Position numbers and translations under genes: made by a program
Source: Octopus vulgaris
Lineage: Eukaryota
Length of the DNA stretch: 64,000 bases
Reading direction: 5' to 3'
NCBI GenBank assembly: GCA_951406725.2
Contig: OX597836.1
Span: 12,772,001-12,836,000, forward strand
Notes under the pieces: generated by a model
Told to the model about the DNA's origin: nothing
Seen by the model: only the letters and a program-made list of their open reading frames with translations
Databases searched by the model: none
In this document: piece after piece, positions 14,585 through 28,699 of the stretch
How positions within the stretch are numbered: position 1 is the stretch's first letter
Layout: each line of letters starts with the position of its first letter

Positions 14585-14915
14585 TTTTTGTCCCCCCAAC
14601 ATTGCTTGACAACCGATGCTGGTGTGTTTACATCCCCGCAGTTTGGCAAAATAAACCGATAGAATAAGTACTAGGCTTTCAAAGAATAATCTCTGGGGTC
14701 GATTTGCTCAACTAAAGGCAGTGCTCCAGCATGGCTGCAGTCAGATGAGAAGTAAAAAAAAATAAAAGAATACAGAATAGATTAATTAATGGTAAATAAA
14801 TAAGTGATTAATAAAGATGTAAGTTTGTTTAATAAATTTAGAACGCATGGATTGAGGAAGTTCCCAGATTTAAAAATTCAATAACTGGTTTATGTAATGT
14901 ATACACATACGTGAT

Positions 14916-14953
<38 letters not shown>

Positions 14954-15116
14954 GGGGTGGCTGTGTGGTAAGAAGTCTGCTTCCAAACCGCATGGTTCTG
15001 GGTTCACTCTCAATGCTGGGTGTGCTGGGCAAGTGTCTTCTACTATAATCTTGGGCCAACCAAAGCCTTATGATTGGATTTGGCTAACAGAAACTGAAAG
15101 AAGCCCATCATTTATA

Positions 15117-15152
<36 letters not shown>

Positions 15153-16041
15153 TTTGTTCCCTACCGCTGCCTTACAAGCAGTGTTGGTTGGTTTATGTCC
15201 CTGTAACTTAGTGGTTCAGCAAATGGACCAATAGAATAAGTACCAGGTTTAGTAGAAGAAAAGTACTGGGGTTGATTCATTCAATTAAAATTCTTCAAGC
15301 TGGTGCCCCAGCATGGCCACAGTCTAATGACTGAAACAAGTAAGAGATCAAAAAAATGGTAAGATATACGTATATATGTATATGTGTACATGAGTGTGTA
15401 TACACATACATGCAAGCATGTACATATATACACACATACATACACTCATATGCACACATGCACTCATACACACACACAGGCATGCACACATACACACACA
15501 CACACGTATTTGGCAAAAATGTTACAAAAGTGATTTTTCTAATTCCTAGCCAAATGAAAAAAAAAAAAGAAAGAAACCTCTCCGCTTTTGGTACGAGGCC
15601 TAAAATTTCAGGGAAGTGGACTGGTCAATTCTACTGACCCCAATGCTCGACTAGCCCTTAATTCATTGACCCTGAAAGGATAAAAGTCAAAGTCGACTTC
15701 AGCAGAATTTGAACTCAGAATCTAAAGATGGCCAAAACGCTTCCAAGCATTTTGTCCAGCACATTAACCGTTCTGCCAACTCACTGCATTCTGTCGATTA
15801 AAATGGAAAGAAAAAAATATATATATTCTAATGTATTGAGCTCTTTTTATCCTGTTTGTTTCAACAAACCTATAAACAAATATGCATATATACACACACT
15901 TATATATACACATATATATCTGTATATACAAATATGCAGATATATGTATGTGTTATACATAATATATATATATATATTTAAATTATAGAAAATTCATATT
16001 TATTTTTATATACTTGGCCATATATATGTAATGTGTGTGTG

Positions 16042-16074
<33 letters not shown>

Positions 16075-16091
16075 GCATATATATACACATT

Positions 16092-16122
<31 letters not shown>

Positions 16123-16153
16123 CTCTATATATATATGCATATATATACACATT

Positions 16154-16214
<61 letters not shown>

Positions 16215-16705
16215 ATATATGCACATTTGTTTGTGTAATATATATATATATAAATGTATGTGTATATATGTATAAATGTATGTGTGTATGTATATGTGTA
16301 TATACATGTGTGTGTGTGTATATATATGTATATGTGTATATATCATATGTATATATGCATATATGTGTATATATTGTATGTATAATATACATATATTATA
16401 TGTATAATAATACACACACACATATATATATATATTCATTCATTTTATAGTTAAAAAATGTTTGTAAAGAGACAAAAATTACTCAAAACATGAAAAAAAA
16501 CATGTTATCTTCGACAGCAAATGATGGAAAGAAACAAAAACACCTTTACAACAGCAACAACTCCATCAAGCAAACAAACACATTGTCATGTGCAACACCT
16601 CCAATACAAAAAAAAACATAATAACCATCATCATCATCAACAACAACATAAGCATAAAGACCAGACCATCAACAGCAACAACAATAAGATGAAGAAAGAA
16701 AAAGA

Positions 16706-16752
<47 letters not shown>

Positions 16753-17151
16753 GAGATATTTGCTATCGTCTGCAAAATAATAACTGTTGACTGTCTGGTG
16801 TTTTACTAACAGCAAACTACAAGCTCTCTTCGTTTAGTTTCTTTAACGAGCTAACATCATTATCATTGTCATTGTCGCCACCATTGTTATCGTTAATGTA
16901 ATTTATTATTAATTTCTTTTTTTTTTCGCTCGCCATGAGAAACCCTCCCCCCTCCCGCCCCCAAGATGCTGGGCGTCGATGCAAAGGATGAAATTGTATG
17001 GAAGAAAAACAGATACAAAGAAAAGAGGCTGGTGGGGGGGAAGGGGTTAATGAATGGGGTGGTGTGGCCGAGATCAATAGAGACACATTAATAAGTAAAT
17101 GGCTATGAATAATAATAATAATAATGATAATAATAATTATAAAAATAATAA

Positions 17152-17196
<45 letters not shown>

Positions 17197-17907
17197 TAAT
17201 AATAATAAAACTGATAATAATAATAAAAATAATAATAATGATAATAATAATAGTAATAATAATAATAATAATGATAATAATAATTATAATGATGATGATA
17301 ATAATAATAATGATATTAATAATAAGAGAAGCACAAAATTTTATGGGATTTTCCTATTCAAACAGATAAGAAGATAGAATATAATAGACCAGACATAATA
17401 ATTGATATGGAACAATTAAATTGCTTACTAATTGATCCATCATGTCCGTTTGATTACAGGATTGAGGAATTCCAACCACGTTTTGTGGTTTGCTACCTCA
17501 ACAGCTCCTTTATAGGATCCAGTGGCTAAAGACATCATCAGGAGGACCCACGTCTGGTTTTGGCCACCTACTCCTCCGTGAGGCCCAACACTTGAAAGGC
17601 ACTCAGCCACTTTGTCTCCATGTGGCCCAATGCTCAAAAGGAACCCAGCCACTTTGACTCTGTATATATATATATATATGTTTCTTTATTACCCACAAGG
17701 GGCTAAACATAGAGGGGGCAAACAAGGAGAGACAAAGGGATTAAGTCGATTACATCGACCCCTGTGCATAACTGGTACTTAATTTATCGACCCCAAAAGG
17801 ATGAAAGGCAAAGTCAACCTCGGCGGAATTTGAACTCAGAACGTCAAGACAGACGAAATACGGCTACACATTTCGCCCGGTGTGCTAACGATTCTGCCAG
17901 CTCGCCG

Positions 17908-18422
<515 letters not shown>

Positions 18423-18589
18423 TACATATATATGCACATACATACATGTGTGTGTGTGTGTGTACATGGTGGAAGTCAACTAGTGACCAAGTAAGACCAC
18501 TTCCTTAAACTCAGTGAGTCCATGCAAATGTTCTGAGAGTCCAAGAAGTTCCTGTGCACAAATTTGCATTGAATGGATAAGATGATGCA

Positions 18590-19263
18590 CATCATCATCA
18601 TCATTGTTTGACCATGGTCGAGACAATGGAATTTACCATGCTACGCCAGACTTCACGGTCCATGATGGCATTACGGAGGTCCTGTTGCTGGATGCCTGTA
18701 TCCCTGGAAATTACATCAGGGAAAGAGAGTGTGCGCCCTCTGGTATTGTGAGTAGATGGCTTCCAGAGGAGAAGAGTACAAATTACCGCGTTTTCAGCTC
18801 TACAACAATGTCCAGCAAACTGGATTCTCTTACCTTTCACAAGAGATGACACAGGTGGTAATTTCCCATATATTTGCAGTTTGGTTGGATGGCGCTTCCA
18901 CGAGAGATTTTGAGCTCTCATAAGGAGGCGAGTGTAGGTTCCATCCAACCGCCTCTCAAGCTTCTTTGATAACGTCCAGGTTTCTTAGCCATATAGTAGA
19001 ATTGGTTCGACTGATGCACAACACTGAACCCATTGTTTGGTGCAATAAGCCATAACACCAATAGCACAACCGAGATTGAGACAGTCAGAAACCAACGGCA
19101 CCTTGAGATTTTTTGTAAGAGCTTACCTTCTCCTTGGAAGAAGTTCTAGCAAGAATTAGGGGTCCTTCACTCCTAGTGGCTCACATGCTAATTAATCCCT
19201 AGTGGAGAGTCTAGCAAGTGCTACTACTCCGGGTCAGAGTGGAACTGGGAACAATTGTAGCTA
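18590..19263 (-). mobile_element. RTE-clade LINE derivative (ORF C-terminus plus tail, fused to a probable 5'UTR segment)
   Basis: Reads SVEPILLYG*ETWTLSKKLERRLDGTYTRLLMRAQNLSW...FAGHC...DREVWR, ending in a (TGA)n tail at about 18590-18603. The segment 19015-19263 is non-coding. Confidence 0.8.
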
Positions 19264-19448
19264 ACATTATTTACATTTGACGAATATTTGTTCTCATCTT
19301 ATTTGTTGTTAACACAATGTTTCACCTGATATACCCTCCAGCCTTCTTCAGGTGTCTTGAGGAAATTTCGAACCTGGGTTCTCATTCCTAAGGTATTTTT
19401 CAATATTATCATTATTATTGTTATTATTATTATTATTCAGGACACTGC
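19264..19448 (-). mobile_element. 5'-truncated third copy of the tRNA-hammerhead element
   Basis: Same body and same 3' end (..TGTAAATAATGT). Hammerhead remnant GACAC-CTGAAGA-AGGCTG...GAAACATTGTGTT. Truncated within the tRNA-like head. Confidence 0.7.
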
Positions 19449-20307
19449 TTCTTTCAGTTTCCATCTACCAAATCCGCTCACAAGGCTTTGGTCAGCCCTA
19501 GGCTATAGTAGAAGACACTTGCCCAAGGTGCCATGCAGTGGAACTGAACCTGGAACAGTGTGGTTCGTAAGCAAGCTACTAACCACACAGCCACTCCTAC
19601 GCTAAGGTTTTCATAAAAAGAAAATAACCAATGATCTTGCACAATACAAAATACAATCTGTAAAGAGGAACAATAAAAGTATGCAAGATATTTCTCAAGT
19701 TTAAAATGTGAATCTGTTTTTCTAGGTGCAGGAGTGGCTGTGTGGTAAGTAGCTTGCTTACCAACCACATGGTTCCGGGTTCAGTCCCACTGCGTGGCAC
19801 CTTGGGCAAGTGTCTTTCTTCTACTACAGCCTCAGGCTGACCAAAGCCTTGTGAATGGATTTGGTAAATGGAAACTGAAAGAAGCCCAACCGATGCTGTT
19901 GTGTTTATGTCCCCGTCACTTAGCGGTTCGGCAAAACATACCGATAGAATAAGTACTGGGCTTACAAAAAGAATAAGTCCCGGGGTCGAATTGCTCGACT
20001 AAAGGCGGTGCTCCAGCATGGCCGCAGTCAAATGACTGAAACAAGTAAAAGAGTAAAGAGTAAAGAGTAATATACGTGAGTGTGTGTGTATACTCTCTTT
20101 TACTTTTACTTGTTTCAGTCATTTGACTGTGGCCATGCTGGAGCACCGCCTTTAGTCGAGCAAATTGACCCCAGGACTTATTCTTTGTGAGCCAAGTTAC
20201 TTATTCTATCGGTTTCTTTTCCTGAACTGCTAAGTGACGGGAACGTAAACACACCGACATTGGTTGTCAAGTAATGGTGGGGAGACAAACACAGACACAA
20301 ATGCATG

Positions 20308-20355
<48 letters not shown>

Positions 20356-22432
20356 CATGTACATGGGCTTCTTTCAGTTTCCGTCTACCAAATCCACTCA
20401 CAAGGCTTTAGTCAGCCTAAAGCTATAGTAGCAGACACTTGCCCAAGGTGCTACGCAGTGGGACTGAACCCAGACCCATGTGGTTGGGAAGCAAGCTTAT
20501 TACCACACAGCCACTCCTGAGCATATGTACACTTTTCTTTCATACTTTCATCAGTTCCATTCGAGGGCTGAGGCCATGCAAGGGCACTTCGTACGTCCTC
20601 AATGTATCTTTATATATCTTCACTGTTGCAACCAATACGAATATGTTTTCCCTTAAACCAGACAGACTTGCAGAGTTTTAAGGGTAAATGTAATAACACA
20701 AACTAAATTAATTTAGCCTAACACCATTTTATTTTTCTTTCTTTAAGTGCCAACAAGTCGCCAGGGCAATATTTCAGTCTTGGCGCTAAATTAAATTAAT
20801 AAGACTGATAATTAAATAAAACCTAATGATTAAAAGATAATTATTTTCTCGTATGAAATGACGCTACCAAAACCTTGAGACAAGAATTTTACTATAAATA
20901 GAGTTAGTTTCTTTCCCTCAAGTCATTCTACATTACCATTGTTATAAGTATGCTGTCACTTGGTATTACATCATTAATACAGAACACATGGGTTCCCTGG
21001 TGGCACTCTGTCTATACATTCTGGACTTCTTTTGCTGTATTCCTTAGCAGTTGGAACGAATTATTAGAATGGTAGAATCTTTTATTCTGCCCTTGTCTCA
21101 GTCCATTGACTGCAGCTATGCTGGGGCCACTGGCTTGGAAGGTTTAGTCAAACAAATCAAAACTAGTACATATAGGTGCAGGAGTGACTGTGTGGTAAGA
21201 AGCTTGCTTACCAACCACATGGTCCTGGGTTCAGTCCCACTGCGTGGCACCTTGGGCAAGTGTCTTCTACTATAACCTCAGGCCGACCAAAGCCTTGTGA
21301 GTGGATTTGGTAGACGGAAACTGAAAGAAGCCCGTCGTATATATGTATATATATGTGTGTGTGTGTTTGTGTGTCTGTTTGTCCCCCTAGCATTGCTTGA
21401 CAACCGATGCTGTTGTGTTTATGTCCCCATCACCTAGCGGTTCAGCAAAAGAGACTGATAGAATAAGTACTGGGCTTACAAAGAATAAGTCCCGGGGTCG
21501 ATTTGCTCGACTAAAGGCGGTGCCCCAGCATGGCCGCAGTCAAATGACTGAAACAAGTAAAAGAGTAAAAGAGAGTGTATACTTCTTTTTTTAAAAGTCT
21601 GATATTTATTTTATTGGCGTCTTTTGCTGAACTGCTTAGTTACGGCGACAGAAATGAACCAACATCAGTTGTTGCGTGTGTGTCTTTGTGTTTGTCCACC
21701 GACCTTCTCTTTATAAATGTTCTAAAAACTATTCACAGCCTTGGATTTTTTTCAATCACATTCAGTTAATTTTACATATATATATATATATATCAGTCGC
21801 CATGATAGATCGTTAGCCACTACACACATTTTTTTTTTCTCTCCTTTTTTCTTTCCTTGTTTTTTCTGTGTCCCTTTCTGTAGGTCTTCCATAAACAACC
21901 TTGCCTGGACTTATACCACAGAGGGGAACTTTCTCGGTGCAATCCCATCGTCATTCATGACTGAAGGGAGTCTTTTATTTTATATTGATGGAACCATCAT
22001 CCTGCTCCAGTGGTTTTCCTGGTTGTCATTTGTTTGCTCAATTCCTTAATCCCATATGTAAAAGGCTAATTAGATCATTTACATAATTAAAATAGAATCG
22101 CCAATATTGCAATCTAGCTGAGGAATTTATTGTAATTCCTTCTCTCCTCAAAGAATCTACATTTCTATGGTTAGCGCTTGAAATGGATTGTATCCAAAGT
22201 TGATTTAACAAAATAAGGTTGGTTCTTTCATTGTTGTTTCTTGTTTGCGTGGTGGCAGTAATGGCGGGTCACGATCAAAATATTGCTTTCTTCAATAGAA
22301 GTAACTATTGCTGTTTCTGATGCGACGGCTGTACTTATTGTTGCTGCTGGTGTTGTTGTTGGTGTTGGTTGTTATTGTTGTTTTTCTATGTTGGTTAGCC
22401 AAGTGAATAACCAATTAAATATTGATGGTTGC

Positions 22433-22962
22433 AGAGAGAGGGAAGAGGAGGCGGAGGGGAGAGAGACGGTGTGTGAGAAGAGGAGAGGGGGGGAAGAGAA
22501 GAGAGAGGGGAGAGTTGGAGGGGAGGGGGAGGGGAAAAGAGAGGAGAAAGGGGAAAGAGAGGAGAGAGGGGGAAAGAGAGGAGAGAGGGGGAAAGAGAGG
22601 AGAGAGGGGGGAAGAGAGGAGAGAGGGGGAAGAGAGGAGAGAGGGGGAAAGAGAGGAGAGAGGGGAGAAAGAGAGGAGAGAGGGAGGAAAGAGAGGAGAG
22701 AGGGAGGAAAGAGAGGAGAGAGGGAGGAAAGAGAGGAGAGAGGGGGAAAAAGAGAAGAGAGGGGGAAAGAGAGAGAGGAGAGTGGGAGAGAGAGAGGAGA
22801 GAGGGGGAAAGACAGGAGAGAGAGAGAAGGGGTAACAGAAAGAGGGAAAAAAGAGAGATGGGGAGTGGTAACAGAGGGGGAGAGACAGAAGGTGAGAGGG
22901 AAAGGGAAAGAGACAGAGGGGGATAGAGAGACAGACAGAAGGAGAGAGAGAAAGAGAGAGAG
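22433..22962. repeat. Polypurine (GA-rich) tract, unit about GGGGGAAAGAGAGGAGAGA
   Basis: About 530 bp almost devoid of pyrimidines on the + strand. Confidence 0.95.
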
Positions 22963-23669
22963 ATAAGAAACTTGTATGTCGTTGTTCAATCTGTAGAAAA
23001 ATGGCAGCTAATTTTCCCCTCAGATCAAACCCCTGCTCTCACGGTTTTAAACGAGACACGTCTCATTGAAGAATATCATCTCAGATAACTCAAAAAGGTT
23101 GGATGGTCACAGTTGGAATATTCTTACTCATAGTTTACTCTCAATCAAGGCTTGACACAAGGATTAAAAACAGCATCAATACGAACATATATTCAAATGT
23201 GGGAAATCAGAAGATGCGATTGGCTCCAAACTGGTAGAAACTTCTAGAAACGTTAGCACACTGGGCGAAATGCTTAGCAGTATTTCGTCTGCTGCTACAT
23301 TCTGAGTTCAAATTCCGCCGAGGTCGACTTTGCCTTTCATCCTTTTGGGGTCGATAAATAAAGTACCAGTTACACACTGGGGTTGATGTAATTGACTTAA
23401 TCCATTTGTCTGTCCCTGTTTGTCCTCTCTATGTTTAGCCCCTTGTAGATAGTAAAGAAATAGGTATTTCGTCTGTCTTTACGTTCTGAGTTCAAATTCT
23501 GCCGCGGTCAACTTTGCCTTTCATCCTTTCGGAGTCGATTAAATAAGTACCAGTTATGCACTGGGTCAATGTAATCGACTTAATCCCTTTGTCTGTCCTT
23601 GTTTGTCTCCTCCATGTTTAGCCCCTTGTGGGCAATAAAGAAATAAGAAACCTCGAGAATTCTTTGTAT

Positions 23670-24063
23670 GAATGAGGAACAGAATTAGACTAAATGAAAT
23701 AACATGGCTTTGTTCCAGAGAGAAGCACCACTGATGCTATTTTTATAGTCTGGCAACTTCAAGAGAAATATTTAGCAAAGAACGAACCATTGTACTTGGC
23801 ATTTGTTGATCTAGAGAAAACCTTCAGCATTGTACCTCACTCAGTGATATGGTGGGCTCTGAGGAAGCTAGAGGTAGATGAATGGCTTGTGAAAGCAGTG
23901 TGGGGGTCCTGTTTGTAAGGTAAGAGTTAGCCATGAGTACAGTGATGTATTTATTGAATTTAGAGTATAGGTAGGTGTTCAACAAAGCATGGTCCTCAGC
24001 CCTCTTCAATTTATCATCATCCTCCAGACTATAACAGAGGAATTTAAGACTGGAAGCCCATGA
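23670..24063 (+). mobile_element. RTE-clade reverse transcriptase fragment (pseudogenised)
   Basis: HGFVPERSTTDAIFIVWQLQEKYLAKNEPLYLAFVDLEKTF...IWWALRKLEVDEWLVKAV, then a degenerate GV.Q..VLSPL motif. Confidence 0.85.
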
Positions 24064-24661
24064 TCATCAGCATATTGTAATTCCCATCTGATGTCAGTGC
24101 GTTTATGTCCCCTTAACTTAGCGGCTTGGCAAAATAAACTGATAGAATAAGTACTAGGCTTACAAAGAATAAATCCTGGAATCAATTTGTTTGGTTAAAG
24201 GTGGTGCTCCAGCATGGCGACAGTGAAATGACTGAAATGAGTAAAAGAATATATATATATATATATATAGTTACAAATTGAGATAGGGGTTGTAAATGCA
24301 ACCCTCCATGGGATAACATATATCCAATATAATATATATATATATATATATATACACTCAAATGACTTCTTGTTGCTTATTTTGATTATAATCACCCCAC
24401 GGATTTTTATTGATAACACCATACAAAATTCTGGTGCATCTAATTTTAGTACCATATTCGTTTGTGTATATATATATATATATATATATACAAACAGATA
24501 TGGTACTTAATAAATATATATATATATATAATTAATAAGAGAAATGACCTCTTATTAATTGTGATATAATTTTTTAATCTTCAGATCTTTTTTAATATGC
24601 TAGATCACTGGTTTACATTGATGTTAATTGATTGATATCAATTTCTACCCTCAGTATTTTA

Positions 24662-24694
<33 letters not shown>

Positions 24695-24965
24695 AAAAAT
24701 TTAGTCGTGTATGTTTTATTTTTTACCCTGTGAAGTTGCAAGTGGAACATTTTTATTTTGTTTTCCTCTCCACACTGAAAAATATGAGCTAACGATAGCA
24801 CCTCTACATAGTCTTCTGACCCAACAAGAGCCAAATCTCCTTAACAGCCAAATCTCCTTAACAGCCAAATCTCCTTAACAGCCAAATCTCCTTAGAATCT
24901 CACACTACCATAAAAAAAAAAAGTTAAAAGTCGCTTCAGCCATCATTTACACGGGGGTTAAATAA

Positions 24966-25764
24966 CCCTTTCTACTATAGGCACAAGGACTGAAATTTTG
25001 AGGTGGAAGGAGTAAGTCGATTATATCGACCCCAGTACACAACTGGTACTTAATTTATCGACCCCGAAAGAATGAAAGGCAAAGTCGACCTCGGCAGAAT
25101 TTGAACTCAGAACGTAGCGGCAGAGGAAATACTGCTAAGCATTTCGTTCGGCGCTCTACCGATTCTTATTTCTTTTTTATTTCTTTATTGCCCTCAAGGG
25201 GCTAAACACAGAGAGGACAAACAAGTGGATTAAGACGATTATATCGACCCCAGTCCGTAACTGGTACTTATTTAATCAACCCCGAAAGGATAGAAGGTAA
25301 AGTCGACCTTGGCGAAATTTGAACTCAGAACGTAGCGGCGGACGAAATACCTATTTCTTTACTAGCCACAAGGGGTTAAACACAGAGAGGACAAACAAGG
25401 ACGTCAAATGGATTAAGTCGATTATATCGCCCCCAGTACATAACTGGTACTTAATATATCGACCCCGAAAGGATGAAAGGTAAAGTCGACCTTGGCGGAA
25501 TTTGAACTCACAACGTAACGGCAGACGAAATACCTATTTCTTTATTACCCACAAGGGGCTAAACACAGAGAGGACAAACAAGGACAGACATCGGTATTAA
25601 GTCGATTACATCGACCCCAGAACGTAACTGGTACTTAATTTATCGACCCCGAAAGGATGAAAGGCAAAGTCGACCTCGGCGGAATTTGAACTCAGAACGT
25701 AACGCAGACGAAATACCGCTAAGCATTTCGCCCGGCGTGCTAACGATTCTGCCAGCTCGCCGCC
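24966..25764 (-). mobile_element. SINE family B (Nin-domain-like core) multimer
   Basis: Head GGCGGCGAGCTGGCAGAATCGTTAGC and core GCCTTTCATCCTTTCGGGGTCGAT..AAGTACCAG, in 183-bp tandem units. Other copies at about 13287-13870, 17680-17909, 23270-23650, 37250-37485, 40420-40800, 52551-52781, 59229-59451 and 62607-62945. Confidence 0.85.
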
Positions 25765-26218
25765 GCTTTACACGGGGTTAAATAATAACGACAATAGCAA
25801 AAAAAAAAAAGGCCACATGGGATAATATAATCCTAGATACATTAATAACGACCAACAGACGGAATGGTCAAGAGTGGAACTTTTAAAATTATATTTATGA
25901 CCTATTAAGTCATGGCCTGGATGGAGAAGAGGGCGATGACCAAAGAAGAACAACGACGTCTACGCCGACCTCTGTTCACAGTGAATTCCAAAATGTTGTA
26001 GGGAAGATAATTCTTGGATAGTATAAAGGGAGATAAGTAAAGGGAAATAACTCTTGTAAAGAAATTGCATCATGAAATATATATTTCTGTTCCAAGATAA
26101 ATCATTTTGCGGATGCTCTGAGATGTAGCGTCAAGCTATGTTTCTGGGGCCTCAGAGGTTTTCGAGTCTTTCAACATCAGACGAAGTCCCGGCTACAATC
26201 CCAATAGCAGCAAACCAC

Positions 26219-26602
26219 GGATCTTTTCGGTTTGAACGGCAGTTTTTTCTAGCGGTGTCATATGAAATTGTCACCCATAATTATGACCCTAGTATCGATC
26301 TATTGCATTTCAATCTGTTTTAGGGTTAGGGTTAGGGGTGGGGGAAGGGCATCTTTTTTTCTTCACAAATGTAAATAAACCCAATCTACTCTTTTACTCT
26401 TTTTTACTCTTTTACTTGTTTCAGTCATTTGACTGCAGCCATGCTGGAGCACCGCCTTTAGTCGAGCAAATCAACCCCGGGACTTATTCTTTGAAAGCCC
26501 AGTACTTATTCTATCGGTCTCTTTTTTTGCCGAACCGCTAAGTAACGGGGACGTAAACACACCAGCATCGGTTGTCAAGCAATGCTAGGGGGACAAACAC
26601 AG

Positions 26603-26672
<70 letters not shown>

Positions 26673-27079
26673 CGACAGGCTTCTTTCAGTTTCCGTCTAC
26701 CAAATCCACTCACAAGGCATTGGTCGGCCCGGGGCTATAGCAGAAGACACTTGCCCAAGATGCCACGCAGTGGACTGAACCCGGAACCATGTGGTTGGTT
26801 AGCAAGCTACTTACCACACAGCCACTCCTGCGACTCTTTCTTAAACGAGGGACATATTCATACGGCACAGAATGTTGTTTTTTTACCTCAATAGACGTCA
26901 TTGATTGGTTGAAATTGAAGAGAAAAAACAACAAATATCTTAGAAACTATAGAATTTTCTCAATAAAGCCAAGAGAAAAAGATGTTTTACGTGACACATT
27001 CTACCAGTATACGAAGTTTAAATGTGTTTAGTTACGTGAAAATTATTTTAAAAAACTGCCGTTCAAACCGAAAAGATCC
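26219..27079. mobile_element. Non-autonomous DNA transposon with 30-bp perfect TIRs and 8-bp TSD (Merlin-like GG..CC ends)
   Basis: TIR GGATCTTTTCGGTTTGAACGGCAGTTTTTT at 26219-26248 and its reverse complement at 27050-27079. TSD CAAACCAC at 26211-26218 and 27080-27087. Contains internal (TTAGGG)n and a nested SINE at 26388-26832. Superfamily is inferred. Confidence 0.85.
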
Positions 27080-28699
27080 CAAACCACTGTACTGCCCTCT
27101 TTCTCAAAAGCCACTAGCCACCTGGCGGATTTCTCTTTAGTTTCAGTGATAGAACTTATAGCCATTCTCTTTGATGCACCATTAACACCAAGCCCGACTT
27201 TTTTTTATGCGAAGTAATATTTTTCTAAAGGGTGGTGATGACTTTTTTGTAAAAAGAAGTTGCGACGACGGGGGTTCCAGTTGATCCGATCAACGGAACA
27301 GCCTGCTCGTGAAATTAACGTGCAAGTGGCTGAGTACTCCACAGACACGTGTACTCTTAATGTAATTCTTAGGGAGATTCAGCATGACACAGAGTGTGAC
27401 AAGGCTGGCCCTTTGAAATACGGGGCCAACAGAAGCAGGAAGAAAGAGTGAGAGGAATTTGTGGCGAAAGAGTACAGCAGGGTTCGCCACCACCCCCTGC
27501 CGCAGCCTCGTAGAGTTTCAGATGTTTTCCCTCAATAAACACTCACAATGCCTATCGAAACCGCGATCCTACGACCGCGAGTCCGCTGCCCTAACCACTG
27601 GGCCATTGCGCCACTACACACACACAATATATATATATATATATTGTGTTGGACAAAATAATGGAAGCACCTAGCATCATAATTTTGAAATACCTATAAA
27701 ACCGTCAAAAGCTTGTTTATTTTTATGTTTTTTTATTTACTATTAGTGTTGCTTATTATATTTATTATTATGTTTGGCTAAAATTGCTGTTTCTTTTCAG
27801 ATATCATCGCAAAAAGGTAATAAAAATTCATTAAAATGACAGACCTGGCCCCAAAAGCCCCATTATACATTATGTGAAAAGTTTTAAGAGTCTAAAACCA
27901 TCTCTGGAACATAGGTAATGCATGTTCCCAGTTTGAAGAAAATCAGTTGTGAACTTCAGACGTTATGCGGGTTTGCACACACACTATGAGTGAGAGAGAG
28001 AGAGATAGGTAGATGGATGGACGGATGGACGTTACGGACGGACAGACAGACAGACAGACAGGTAGATAATCTTCTAGAATGGTATTTGAATATAAACTCA
28101 CCAACTTAAAACCGGTTTGCCGTGCAGAAACAAAAGTGATCAATGATTGAAATCTGATATCTTCCATCCTCATGTTACATTATTATTATTATTATTATTA
28201 TTCCTCTCTTTCTCTGCCTGCGTGCATCTGTGTGTCTATCAGACAGCAGAAAAGCACCCTCAACAAGAAACCTCGAGCAGTTATACTTTTCTGTTGTTGA
28301 GTATTACATCCTAACCAAAACTGTATATTTACCTTCATCAGTGAAGAAGTTATGTGCTTCCAGCTAATAGATTTGATGAGTCATCTATATTGCTCCTAAC
28401 GTTCCGAGTTCAAATTCTACTGACGTTAACTTTGCCTTTCATCCTTTTGGGATCAGTAAAATCAAGTCCCGGGGTTGAGGGTCAATGTATTTCACTTGTC
28501 CTTCCCCTCAAAATTGTTGGCCTTGTGTTAAAATTTGCAGCCATTATTATTATTAAATTCCACTGACTTCTGTCTTGTCTTTGATCTTTAGGGGTCGATA
28601 AATTAAGTACCAGTGAAACAGTGGGGTTTATGTAATCGACTAGTTCCCTCCCCACAAATTTCAGAGTTTTTGTCTGTAGTAGAAATTATTATTATCATT

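Noticed and set aside
20535-20610. CTGATGA on the minus strand as another hammerhead
   Set aside because: No complementary stem II or correctly placed GAAA-stem III could be built.
20923-21075. 50-codon hydrophobic open frame on the + strand
   Set aside because: Weak splice signals, no recognisable family and no partner exons.
22283-22989. E/R/G-rich and S/L/P-rich ORFs
   Set aside because: Translation of a polypurine tract.
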